Made by a program: the position numbers and the translations under genes. From NCBI GenBank assembly GCA_040880545.1, contig JBBDIE010000180.1, forward strand, positions 13,962 through 64,897: DNA of 50,936 bases, read 5' to 3'. Each line of letters starts with the position of its first letter. Positions within the stretch are counted from its first letter, which is position 1. Of this stretch, positions 1 through 10,100 are shown piece by piece. Origin of the DNA: Bacteroidales bacterium (lineage in GTDB: Bacteria; Bacteroidota; Bacteroidia; Bacteroidales; GCA-2748055). The notes beneath the pieces are model-generated. The model did no database searches, was not told the origin of the DNA, and saw only the letters and a program-made list of their open reading frames with translations.

Positions 1-288
1 CAGATTTACCATTGGAAATGTTTTCTCCTCCGCTATTGGTCCATGGGGCACCGCACCACCCTTCATCAAATTGTCCCAGTCGATGCCCGGGGTGTAATCC
101 AGCAACATAATTTCAGCTTCCGAAACCGGGAACCGAATGAATGGGAGAAGGAAGGAACATGCGAAGGCGAGCAGCATATAAAACCGGTTGAAATGAAAAA
201 AGGTAAACCGCAAAAATATAATCCTGTATATCATGTAAAATACCAGGATAGCGATGGAAACCTTGATCAAATAAATCGCAAAACTCAT
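1..288 (-). CDS. BlaR1/M56-family membrane peptidase/sensor, N-terminal part (runs off the window edge)
   Basis: Not in the ORF track. Manual translation from ATG at 288: MSFAIYLIKVSIAILVFYMIYRIIFLRFTFFHFNRFYMLLAFACSFLLPFI. The TFF..NRFYLL......LP pattern is typical of Bacteroidota M56 proteins. Its start overlaps the BlaI stop (ATGA). Confidence 0.85.
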   Translation of the reverse strand, partial: MSFAIYLIKVSIAILVFYMIYRIIFLRFTFFHFNRFYMLLAFACSFLLPFIRFPVSEAEIMLLDYTPGIDWDNLMKGGAVPHGPIAEEKTFPMVNL

Positions 289-668
289 TCCTCCTCCTTT
301 CTGATCTTTCGAATCTTTTGATCAATCAAACTGCGTATTTCTTCCAACTCAGTAAGATCAACTTCTTCGTTGCCGGTAAAAAATGAAGCAAAATCCACAA
401 CTGAACCTCCAAAATGGTCCGAGATCATGTTGTTTACATGTTTTCTAAAGTATTCCCCCTTTTTCACCTTTGGAAAATATTCATGTGTTTTCCCATAACT
501 GTGATATCCGATGTACCCTTTTTTCACCAGTACCCTGATCACCGTAGAGAGCGTAGTATAGGCAGGACGTGGTTCAGGGAATGCCTCAACGATATCCTTG
601 AGAAACCCCTTTTCCAGCTTCCATAAGTTCTGCATTACCTGCTCTTCAGCCTTTGTTAGTTCTTTCAT
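285..668 (-). CDS. BlaI/MecI/CopY family transcriptional repressor
   Basis: 127 aa; LTKAEEQVMQNLW...PAYTTLSTVIRVLVKKGY winged-helix pattern; coupled to an M56 gene. Confidence 0.93.
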   Translation of the reverse strand: MKELTKAEEQVMQNLWKLEKGFLKDIVEAFPEPRPAYTTLSTVIRVLVKKGYIGYHSYGKTHEYFPKVKKGEYFRKHVNNMISDHFGGSVVDFASFFTGNEEVDLTELEEIRSLIDQKIRKIRKEEE

Positions 669-672
669 GCAA

Positions 673-680
673 CAAATATA
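673..680 (-). promoter_or_regulatory. Bacteroidota sigmaA -7 element (TATATTTG) for blaI
   Basis: Exact TAnnTTTG match ending 4 nt before the ATG. Confidence 0.7.
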
Positions 681-740
681 TAACTATTTTTATAGTTGTG
701 CAACTATTTTTATAATCATATTACTATAAAAACAGTAACA
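681..740. promoter_or_regulatory. Three tandem 20-bp operator-like units (ACTA-N6-TAGT type), probable BlaI binding sites
   Basis: taactatttttatagttgtg / caactatttttataatcata / ttactataaaaacagtaaca. The first unit contains the inverted repeat AACTAT-N4-ATAGTT. Confidence 0.65.
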
Positions 741-1094
741 AATCTGTTTTTCCCTCATTTTTAATATATTAGTTGGCTTCATTCACCATTCCCACCCAAA
801 TCACTTCAATAAAACATATTATTGTTTTGCGATAAATATGAAATTGGTATACTAACAACCTGGTCCTTTTCGTTAAATTCACAAGCAGTTACATTACAAA
901 ACTCCTCGATTAATTGGCATCAAAAATTTAAGTTCAGGCAGCCTTTACTTATGTTCAACACAATCTTATAATTGCCAGAAAAAATACGCATAATATGTTG
1001 TCGTGCTTACTAAGAAAGTGTTCGTAGCAATGCTTAAGATTACTGTTTTGAAGTCGGGAATAAGGCAGCTATAGACGTTTTCCCCAATAATACC

Positions 1095-1102
1095 TACATT
1101 TG
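1095..1102 (+). promoter_or_regulatory. sigmaA -7 element (TACATTTG) for meaB
   Basis: Exact TAnnTTTG match 19 nt upstream of the ATG. Confidence 0.65.
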
Positions 1103-1121
1103 CTACAGCATATATATTTTC

Positions 1122-2225
1122 ATGGCTGCAAACAAAAAAAATTCGGCATTGAAGGTGCGTGAAGGGGTATCCCAACCCTCCTCGTTGAATGAACGTGCAA
1201 TTGAGCAGATAAGGCGCTCCATGAAACAGCCGGCAACAGCAGAAGTATTGATCAAGGAACTGCTTGCCGGAAACAGAACGGCACTGTCACAGGCGATCAC
1301 CCTGGTGGAGAGTGCCCTTCCCGGACACCTGGAAACAGCACGGGCTTTGATTAACATGGCGATGCCTTTTGCCGGCAAATCCCTTCGATTAGGCATTACC
1401 GGGGTCCCGGGTGCAGGAAAGAGCACATTCATCGATTTTTTTGGTAATTTCCTTGTGAAATCGGGCCACAGGCTCGCCGTGCTGGCTGTCGATCCAAGCA
1501 GTGAAAGGTCAGGGGGATCAATTCTTGGTGATAAAACCCGCATGGAGACACTTGCAGGCCTGGAACAGGCTTTCATCAGGCCTTCCCCTTCGGGAGGGAC
1601 ACTGGGCGGTGTAGCCAGAAAAACAAGGGAAACAATCATACTCTGCGAAGCTGCCGGCTATGATACCATCATTGTGGAAACCGTGGGAGTGGGGCAATCA
1701 GAAACGACTGTCCACTCCATGGTCGATTTTTTCCTGGTGTTGATGATCCCGGGTGCGGGAGACGAATTGCAGGGAATGAAACGGGGTATCATGGAATTGG
1801 CAGACGCAATTCTTATAAACAAATCCGACGGTGACAACATTGAACGGTCACAGCGGGCGAGGGCTCAGTTTGCCAATGCACTGCATCTGTTCCCCCCTCC
1901 CCCTTCAGGATGGACCCCACAGGTGTTAACCTGTTCATCCATTGAGGGAACTGGGGTTCCCGATGCATGGAGGTTGATCGGGGAATACAAAGCGCTGGTT
2001 ACAAAAAACGGGTATTTCGGAAAACGCAGAGCGGAACAAAGCACTTACTGGATGCACCAGGTCCTTAACGAGGGAGTAAAAAACCGGTTCTTCCAGGACC
2101 CGCAGGTAAAAAAAAGGATGAAAGATCTGGAAAAAATGCTGGAGAAAGATCAGATCAGTTCCTTCGAAGCCGCAACAGAATTGCTGGAAAAATTCTTTCC
2201 CGGAAATTCCGGCAAAGAAAAATAG
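1122..2225 (+). CDS. meaB: Methylmalonyl-CoA mutase-associated GTPase MeaB (ArgK family)
   Basis: GITGVPGAGKST P-loop, AVDPSS, GGSILGDKTRM, ETVGVGQSE, GDELQGMKRG, NKSD. Confidence 0.95.
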   Translation: MAANKKNSALKVREGVSQPSSLNERAIEQIRRSMKQPATAEVLIKELLAGNRTALSQAITLVESALPGHLETARALINMAMPFAGKSLRLGITGVPGAGKSTFIDFFGNFLVKSGHRLAVLAVDPSSERSGGSILGDKTRMETLAGLEQAFIRPSPSGGTLGGVARKTRETIILCEAAGYDTIIVETVGVGQSETTVHSMVDFFLVLMIPGAGDELQGMKRGIMELADAILINKSDGDNIERSQRARAQFANALHLFPPPPSGWTPQVLTCSSIEGTGVPDAWRLIGEYKALVTKNGYFGKRRAEQSTYWMHQVLNEGVKNRFFQDPQVKKRMKDLEKMLEKDQISSFEAATELLEKFFPGNSGKEK

Positions 2226-2408
2226 CGCTTATATAATTTTTACACCTGGCCTGTCCTAGTCAAACAAAAAGGTCGTATAATTGTACTAAATATTAACTTC
2301 AACAATTTCAAATTTTAAACTTCAGGAACTGTCCATGGATCAACTGCGGAAAAAAGCTAACTTTTAAACTGTTCCACAATGGTTCCGTCAACCAATCAAA
2401 CAAAAACC

Positions 2409-3506
2409 ATGATGAAAAAAATTCTTTTTCTGCTTGCTGCCATAGTCATGTTCGGCTGTGGTGATGACAAGGGCTATACGATCAACATCCAGCTTGAAGA
2501 GATGGCTGGAGCCAATATGGTCCTCAAACAAAATGTTTCCGGTGAACTGATATCTCTTGATTCGGTGATACTGGACGAGAATGGTGCCGGAGTGATATCC
2601 GGGGCAGCCACTGCACCGGAGCTGGTGTTCCTGGGTGAATCGGGCAAGCGTGAATCGCTGGCAATCTTTCTTGATAATTATAATTATACGATATCGGGGA
2701 CCCTGGAAGATGTAAATATAGTGGCCGATGGTGGCCCACAGGTGGAGTATAACAGCTATAAAGAGGGTATTGTACCATTCCAGGAAAAGCAAAAAGCCAT
2801 TACCGACAAGTATTACGCGGCACAGTCTGCAGAAGTGAGTGAAGACAGCATCAATGCCATACTGCAAAATTATTACGCGGTCAATGATGAGAAAAAGAGT
2901 TATGATTCAATCTACATCATCGAAAATTCCACATCCCCCGTCGCTGTCTACCTGCTTCGTGGCTTGTATCACCAGTTTGATGCAACAGAACTGGAAGCAT
3001 GGCTGGCCAGGTTGGATGAATCATTGCACAATACTTCCTATTACACTTTCATGGCAGATCATCTGCAGAGAATGAAAAATGTAATGGTCGGTAACCAATA
3101 CACAGAGCTGGAATTACCAGGTGTTGACGGAGAGTTGGTGAAACTGTCTGATATTGCCGGAAATGGTATTCTGCTCATCGATTTCTGGGCAGCATGGTGT
3201 GGCCCTTGCAGAGTGGCCAATCCGGGGATTGTTGAACTCTACAAGGAGTTCCACGAACAAGGATTCGATATTGTCGGGGTCTCGCTCGACCGAACGAAAG
3301 AGGAGTGGTTGCAGGCGATCGAAGATGATGGTTTAACCTGGCATCATATGTCGGATCTGAATTTCTGGCAATCGGAAGCCGCAAAAAAATATGCGGTCTC
3401 ATCTATACCTCACACGGTGTTGCTGGATGGAGAGGGAGTGATCATCGGTAAAAACCTTTCAAAGAAAGAGCTGAGAGAGAAACTGGTTGAACTTCTGGGA
3501 ACATAA
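2409..3506 (+). CDS. TlpA-type thiol-disulfide oxidoreductase lipoprotein (DUF4369 + AhpC/TSA thioredoxin domain)
   Basis: Lipobox MFGC; DFWAAWCGPCR active site; SIPHTVLLD. Start moved to MMKKILF (the ORF track starts at 2379). Confidence 0.9.
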   Translation: MMKKILFLLAAIVMFGCGDDKGYTINIQLEEMAGANMVLKQNVSGELISLDSVILDENGAGVISGAATAPELVFLGESGKRESLAIFLDNYNYTISGTLEDVNIVADGGPQVEYNSYKEGIVPFQEKQKAITDKYYAAQSAEVSEDSINAILQNYYAVNDEKKSYDSIYIIENSTSPVAVYLLRGLYHQFDATELEAWLARLDESLHNTSYYTFMADHLQRMKNVMVGNQYTELELPGVDGELVKLSDIAGNGILLIDFWAAWCGPCRVANPGIVELYKEFHEQGFDIVGVSLDRTKEEWLQAIEDDGLTWHHMSDLNFWQSEAAKKYAVSSIPHTVLLDGEGVIIGKNLSKKELREKLVELLGT

Positions 3507-3522
3507 ACCTTCAGCAATCCGG

Positions 3523-5598
3523 TCAGGAATTGTATTTCTGTTTGAAATACTCGTAGGTTGCAAGCTGTGACCTTAGAGCAGGCTGGTCATTTCTAATGCG
3601 GACATTCATCAGGTTCTCATCGATCATGCTTGCCTTGACATTGTCGGAAAGCTGGATATTCAGCACATCCATAATTTCATCCTTCAGTTCCGGTTCATAG
3701 ATGGGGAATACACACTCGATCCTTCGAGTCAGGTTGCGCTTCATCAAGTCAGCCGATCCCATATACACCTTAGGCTTTCCGTTGTTGTGAAATACAAACA
3801 CACGGGCATGTTCCAGGAACCTGTCGACGATCCTGATCAGCCGTATATTTTTACTGTACGGCTGATTAGGTTGCAGGATACAGATACCACGAATGATAAT
3901 ATCGATTTTAACACCGGCTTCACTGGCCCTGTATAATTCTTCCACCAGTGGGACATCCTGCAAACCGTTCATTTTAAGTAAAATATACGCCTCTTTTCCC
4001 TTTTTTATATTTTTCACCTCCTGCCGTATCAGTCTGGTGAACTGGTTTGACAGGTTGAAACCCGGAACCAGGAGGTGCTCAAATTTACACTTGTAATGCT
4101 GATCTTCCAGGTAGCGGTACAGATCTTTTACCTCATTGACGATTCCAATATGGGAGGTGAACAGGCCGTGATCTCCGTAAAGTTTTGCAGTTTTCTCGTT
4201 AAAATTTCCTGTTCCCAGGTATACCTGGTCCCCTATTTCACTTCCCTCTTCACGGATAACCAACGCCAGCTTGGCATGTACCTTCAGTTTGGGGATACTA
4301 TACAAAATCCTGATACCGGCTTTTTTCATCTCGGAGGCCCATTCCAGGTTTGCCTCCTCATCAAAGCGTGCCTTCAGCTCAACAAAAACAGTCACCTTTT
4401 TACCATTCTCTGCAGCATTGATCAACGTCTTGATAACAGTAGAGTTCTCCGCAACACGATACTGGGTGGTCTTTATCTCAACAACGGATCCATCCCTTGA
4501 CGCTTCACTAAGAAAGTCAATCAGGTAATCATAACGCTGATAGGGTACATTCAGAAGAAGGTCCCTCTCTTCGATCAGACTGGCCAGGCTCCCCTGGTAA
4601 TTTTCGATCACTGGGATGGGCATGGGGGGCCACTTATCAATCTCAAGTTCCGGACTGACCGGATTCGGAAAAGTAAAAAAGTCTCTGAAATTATGCCTGC
4701 TGCCTCCCTTAACAAGTGTATCATCTTCAAGAAAAAACGATTTTATCAGGTAGTTCAGTAATTTTTTGGGCATGGATCGATCGTACTGGAACCGGTTGGG
4801 TTTACCCAGGGAGCGATGCTTTTTAAGATCCTCAATCACATCCAGAAGATCTTCACCTTCGTAATCATCGTATTCCAGGTCTGCATCTCGGGTAAGTTTG
4901 ATGGAAAAGTAACGATTTACAATGAACCCAGGGAAAATTGCATCAGCGTGCCTCATGATCATATCCTCCAGGAACATAATCTTATGCTTGTCCCCTTCCG
5001 AAGGTAATTCAATGAAACGGGGCAGGTTCCTGTCCAGCGGAACCTTAATAATTCCATACTGTTCCCTTCGCTTTCCAGTTTTTTTGTCAAACCTGTCGCG
5101 GATAACCATCTCCAGTGCCAGGTAGATATTACCCGTCTGCAGAAATGGCCTGATCCTGTACTTCAGCAACAGCACCGGTTGTATCTGGGTAAGTACCTCA
5201 ATATAGAAAATGTCCTTGATGAATTTCTTATCTTCAGGCGACAACTCCTCCTTGGTATCCACAAAATAGATGTTGTTCTTTCTCAGTTCGGGAACGATCT
5301 CCTCTTCATATACCTTGTGAAATACTACTTGCTGTTCCGAAACAATCTCATTTATTTCATGGATCACCTTTTCCGGCTGCACTCGCCTGACCTGCTCCGG
5401 AAAGCGCTTTTCCTGCCGCATCAATTGTCTGTAGTAACTCATCCTTACCGAATAGAACTCCTCCATGTTGTTGGAATAAATGGCCAGGAACTTAATCCGC
5501 TCATACAGGGGGAGCGACCTGTCCATTGCCTCCTCCAGCACCCTGTAGTTAAAAGATAACCAACTGATATCCCTGTTGAAGAATTCGTATTTACCCAT
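3523..5598 (-). CDS. ppk1: Polyphosphate kinase 1
   Basis: FFNRDISWLSFNYRVL, ELKARFDEEAN, KVHAKL (phospho-His), RFLEHARV, GSADLMKRNL. Start set at MGKYEFF, downstream of the promoter at 5648-5655. Confidence 0.95.
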   Translation of the reverse strand: MGKYEFFNRDISWLSFNYRVLEEAMDRSLPLYERIKFLAIYSNNMEEFYSVRMSYYRQLMRQEKRFPEQVRRVQPEKVIHEINEIVSEQQVVFHKVYEEEIVPELRKNNIYFVDTKEELSPEDKKFIKDIFYIEVLTQIQPVLLLKYRIRPFLQTGNIYLALEMVIRDRFDKKTGKRREQYGIIKVPLDRNLPRFIELPSEGDKHKIMFLEDMIMRHADAIFPGFIVNRYFSIKLTRDADLEYDDYEGEDLLDVIEDLKKHRSLGKPNRFQYDRSMPKKLLNYLIKSFFLEDDTLVKGGSRHNFRDFFTFPNPVSPELEIDKWPPMPIPVIENYQGSLASLIEERDLLLNVPYQRYDYLIDFLSEASRDGSVVEIKTTQYRVAENSTVIKTLINAAENGKKVTVFVELKARFDEEANLEWASEMKKAGIRILYSIPKLKVHAKLALVIREEGSEIGDQVYLGTGNFNEKTAKLYGDHGLFTSHIGIVNEVKDLYRYLEDQHYKCKFEHLLVPGFNLSNQFTRLIRQEVKNIKKGKEAYILLKMNGLQDVPLVEELYRASEAGVKIDIIIRGICILQPNQPYSKNIRLIRIVDRFLEHARVFVFHNNGKPKVYMGSADLMKRNLTRRIECVFPIYEPELKDEIMDVLNIQLSDNVKASMIDENLMNVRIRNDQPALRSQLATYEYFKQKYNS

Positions 5599-5647
5599 TT
5601 CGTACCGTTTAGCAAGATGAAATAATGACAAGAAATTACCCGAAACA

Positions 5648-5655
5648 CAAAGATA
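5648..5655 (-). promoter_or_regulatory. sigmaA -7 element (TATCTTTG) for ppk1
   Basis: Exact TAnnTTTG match on the minus strand. Confidence 0.6.
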
Positions 5656-5724
5656 AAAAATTATGGGAGATGTGGATGACCAGGACAGCCGCTGATCCAC
5701 GGGTTTATGTAGCCCGGCACGTTC

Positions 5725-5769
5725 AATAAAAAACTGCCAGTCAGGCCAATGGCTTATGACTGACAGTTT
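5725..5769 (-). terminator. Intrinsic terminator after the DUF1573 gene
   Basis: Stem aaactgccagtca / tgactgacagttt (1 mismatch) followed by a T-run on the minus strand. Confidence 0.65.
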
Positions 5770-5787
5770 CCCCGCAAAAAAAATAGA

Positions 5788-6870
5788 TTAGCTGACCAGT
5801 ACTTCTCCCTTGATCCTCAGGATAAGGTTGCTGCGTTTGGGATCGTTGGTGATGACCGTTACATTCTTGTTCTGGTTTCCTCTTTTACCAGCAGGATTAA
5901 ATATGGTTTTGATCTTCACACTTTCACCAGGTTCGATCTGCTTTTTCTCCGGTTGAACTGCCGTACATCCGCACGATGATTTGATCTTCCTGATAAAGAG
6001 GGTCGATTTGCCGTTATTGGTCAGTATAAAATCATGTTCAAACTTTTCATTTTGCTTAAGTTGTCCGAAGTTGACCTCAGGTGTTTGTACAGACACCTGG
6101 GGGGCATTTGCCAGTTCCATTTCAGACAAATTGGTAAAATCTTCTGTTATGTTTGCAGAAATTACCAGGCTGTAACTCCTGTCAGAGACTCCGTCTACAG
6201 TCACATTCACCCTGTCCAGCAGCATGCCCCAGTCATCTTTCAGCTTGGCATCATAATTTGCAACAATAAATCCTTTTTCATGGGGTTTCAATATTTCCGG
6301 TACAAATTTTATGTCAAGATGCCTGGGAACCCGCTCCAGTCCGAGCTTGATCGCCTTATCGGAATCATTGATCACCTCCATGCTGTAGTCCTTCTGCTCC
6401 GTGTTATTTACGTTGCCGAATGCCAGATGGTTCGCTTTCAGCCGAAGTCCTCCCATGCTGTACCTGTAGTCATCGGCCACGGACTGAGGTTTGGGAGTAA
6501 CTTCTCCCCTGATGGTAAGCCTCACTGGCCCCTGATCCGTATTTGAATCCACGTACAGGAATTTCGTAAATGCATTGGGCCTGCCTGCCGGATCGAATGT
6601 GGCTGCTACAAAACCGCTCCCTCCAGGTGGTACTGGTTGTTTCGTCCAGTCCGGCGCCGTACATCCGCATGTTGCCCTTACGTTCTGGATAAGCAGCGGT
6701 GCGCCGCCATTGTTCACAAATGCAAATTTTTGTGTTACTTTGCCCCCCTCCTCGGAGATCCTGCCAAAATCATGGGTTACCTTTTCAAATGAGACCTGTG
6801 GCCCCTTCGTCTGAGAGATAACTGCAACTGAAATTGCCAACATACATATTCCTGCAAAAACCTTTTTCAT
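5788..6870 (-). CDS. DUF1573 domain-containing exported protein (tandem Ig-like domains)
   Basis: Signal peptide; two CGCT motifs (VRATCGCT, IKSSCGCT); HDFG/VNFG domain starts. Confidence 0.9.
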   Translation of the reverse strand: MKKVFAGICMLAISVAVISQTKGPQVSFEKVTHDFGRISEEGGKVTQKFAFVNNGGAPLLIQNVRATCGCTAPDWTKQPVPPGGSGFVAATFDPAGRPNAFTKFLYVDSNTDQGPVRLTIRGEVTPKPQSVADDYRYSMGGLRLKANHLAFGNVNNTEQKDYSMEVINDSDKAIKLGLERVPRHLDIKFVPEILKPHEKGFIVANYDAKLKDDWGMLLDRVNVTVDGVSDRSYSLVISANITEDFTNLSEMELANAPQVSVQTPEVNFGQLKQNEKFEHDFILTNNGKSTLFIRKIKSSCGCTAVQPEKKQIEPGESVKIKTIFNPAGKRGNQNKNVTVITNDPKRSNLILRIKGEVLVS

Positions 6871-7003
6871 TAATATATAATTTGATTAAACTTCTGTATT
6901 TCTATTATTTAGTGCTTGCAAGAAAACGTCAATAGCTTTCTTATCAAGCACGACAATATATATTTTTTGTTTGCTAATATTTTACTTTTCAAGTTAATGA
7001 TTA

Positions 7004-7011
7004 CAAATTTA
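7004..7011 (-). promoter_or_regulatory. sigmaA -7 element (TAAATTTG) for the DUF1573 gene
   Basis: Exact TAnnTTTG match; implies a leader of about 130 nt. Confidence 0.5.
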
Positions 7012-7136
7012 ACGTTTAAATCAGGTAAAAGGTTGTATTCATTCCTATTTCTTTTTTACTTCAATAATCAGACCAATTGATTGAACCTCATTGTCATGAA
7101 ATATGTTTATTTTTAAGGCCTCTTGAAGAATAAAAA

Positions 7137-10100
7137 GTGAAATTATACAAATTTATAAAATATTTCATTGCCATACTGGTTTCCCTGTCTGCCATTATTG
7201 AAGCTGAAGCACAGTTCTACAATGGCATGCAGATGACATTTGGGAAGAACAGGGTGCAGTTCAGCAGTAATTACTGGAAATTCTACAGGTTTGACCGGTT
7301 TGATGTATACTCCTATGAAGAGGGTACCGACCTGTCGCTGTATGTGGCTAATTTTGTAGAGAAGGAGTTGTCGGTTATCGAAAGGTTTTTTGATTACGAC
7401 ATAGAACAAAGGCTGATCTTTATCTGCTATAACAAGATGTCCGATTTCAGGCAGAGTAATATCGGCCTTTCTGCTGCCGATGAAGAATACAATATTGGGG
7501 GTACCACCCGGATCATTCAAAATAAGGTTGCATTGTACTTTGAAGGGGACCATGTGGAACTTGAGCGACAGATCCGGGCTGCTATTGCCGAGATACTGAT
7601 CAATGAATTTATGTTCGGTAACAGTCTGATCACCAACGTGGCCAACACTACCACGATCAATTTATCCGACTGGTACGTAAAGGGACTCATCTCTTTTGTC
7701 TCCAATCCCTGGGATTATGAAATTGAAAACCGGGTGAAGGATGGCATCATGTCAGGAGAATTCGACAAACTTGTGAAAATAAGCGATGAAGATGCAGTTT
7801 ACGCGGGCCATTCCCTATGGAAATATATTGCCGATCTGTATGGAGAGGCTATTATTCCAAATATTCTGTACATGACTAAAATAAATAAAAGTGCAGAAGA
7901 TGGTTTTCTCTATGTGATGGGGCAAAAGCTCAAAGAGATATCTTCAGACTGGTCAGGCTATTACCTGGGAATGTACACAAGTGCCGATGAAAAAGGGGAG
8001 TTTCCCAATAAGGAGTATAGCGTGATCAAACCAAAAAAGGAGACGGTGATACAGCGCCCGAAGATAAGCCCCGATGGCAAGTATCTCTCCTACGTCACCA
8101 ACCAGAAAGGGAAATTTAAACTCTGGATCCATGATACAGAGACCGGAAAGTCGAAGAAGATTTATCGAAAGGGACAGAAGCTTGACCAGGTCGTTGATTA
8201 TTCGCAGCCTGTTACAGCGTGGCACACCTCCAGTGAGATACTTGGTTTCATCACTGAGGAAAAGGGAATCCTGCTGCTCAATTTTTATAATATTACCGAG
8301 GAAGAACTGACCACAAGGACACTGTACATTTTCGAAAAGGTGCTGGATATGGATTTTTCTCCCGATCGTAGGAAACTTGTCTTTTCAGCTGTGTTCAACG
8401 GTCAGACAGATATCTATGTCTATGACCTGGCATCTGCAACCAACGAAAGGGTGACCAATGACCTTGCAGATGACTTCCATCCTCGTTTTATCAACGGCAT
8501 GGACAACATCTCCTTCACCTCAAACAGGAGATACGATACGCTGTACACCAGGTCCGATGAGCCTCCCAATAATACCACCACTGCCTTTTCAATCTATATC
8601 TACGATTACAAAACAAAGAATCCTGTACTGCGAAACATATCCGAAGGAGACTATATCAACCATATAAAGCCCGAATACATGGGGCAGGATCAGTTCATTT
8701 ACCTCAGCGACAAAAACGGAATTTACAACCAGTATTACGCGGAGTATGACAGTACCATTGCATTTATAGACACCTCGATCCATTACCGTCATTTTGCAAA
8801 CAGTTACCCCATTACAAATTACAACCGGAACATACTCGACATGGATGTCAACGCTGTTACAAATGACATCAGTAAAGTTATCTTCCACGATGGCCGGTAT
8901 AATTTATACAAATACCCTGCTGATTTCTCTAAGCGCTTTGGTGACCGGCTGGAAAATACCGAATACCGGAGCCGGCATGTTGAAAGGTTGCTGCAGGAAG
9001 ATTCACTCCATCATATTGAGCAGATGGTTATCTCCATGGATGATATTGAGGATCATCAGCTGATCATCAGGAACGATACAATCCAACTGCAGGAGTTTCC
9101 CATAAATATCAATAATTATATTTTTGAAACCGAAAAACTGAAATATTACAACGAACAGTTGAGGGACCGGGGAATATCGCTTGTACTCGATACGGACGTT
9201 GAAAAAGAGAAGGTATATATCGACTACAGACCAACCTTCTATCCTGACCAGCTAGTGAACCAGATAGATTACAGTTTTCTAAATGCCTCTTACCAGCCAT
9301 TTACAGGCAACGCGTTTTATTTCAATCCGGGTTTCAATATGCTTTTCAAAGTGGGTGCCAATGATCTGTTTGAAAATTACAGGCTGGTGGGCGGGGTCCG
9401 GTTCTCATCGGACCTGAATAGCAACGAATACTTGTTAAGCTTCGAAAATCTGAAACACAGACTTGACCAGCAGGTTATATTTCACAGACAGGCCTTGAAT
9501 AATCAGTTCGACAATGCCCTGGTAAAAACGTATACCCACGAACTCCTGGGCTCGGTTAAATATCCATTTAACCAGGTACTGGCACTAAAAGGGACGGCCT
9601 CTTTCAGGCACGACAATTCCATCTTCCTCTCAACAGACATTTCAAACCTGGCGCGGCCGGATATTCTGAAGGTCTGGAGCGGTGTAAAATTGGAATTGAT
9701 CTTTGACAATGTTAAGCCCCTGGGAACCAACCTGAACGAGGGTACACGTTTCAAAGTGTTTGGTGAAGCATACAGGCAGATCAATGCCAGGGAATCCGAT
9801 CTCTACGTTCTTGGAGTTGACTTCAGGCACTACATCAAAATTCACCGGACTCTCATCTGGGCCAACAGATTTGCAGCCAGCACCTCCTTTGGCCGGAGTC
9901 CGCTGATCTATTACCTCGGGGCAGTGGACAACTGGACCAATCTGTTCCAGTCAAGGATCCCGACTTTTGACCAGACAGTGGACATTGACTATACGAAAAA
10001 TTACTCCTACCAGGCCATAGCCACGAACTTGCGTGGATTTTCACAGAACATCCGGAATGGTAGTAACTTTGCATTGATCAATTCAGAGATCCGCTTGCCC

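Noticed and set aside
983-1010. dif-like site (AATACGCATAA resembles a XerC arm)
   Set aside because: No TTATGTTAAAT-like XerD arm follows at the 6-bp spacing; the nearby TTATGTTCAAC (949-959) is on the wrong side.
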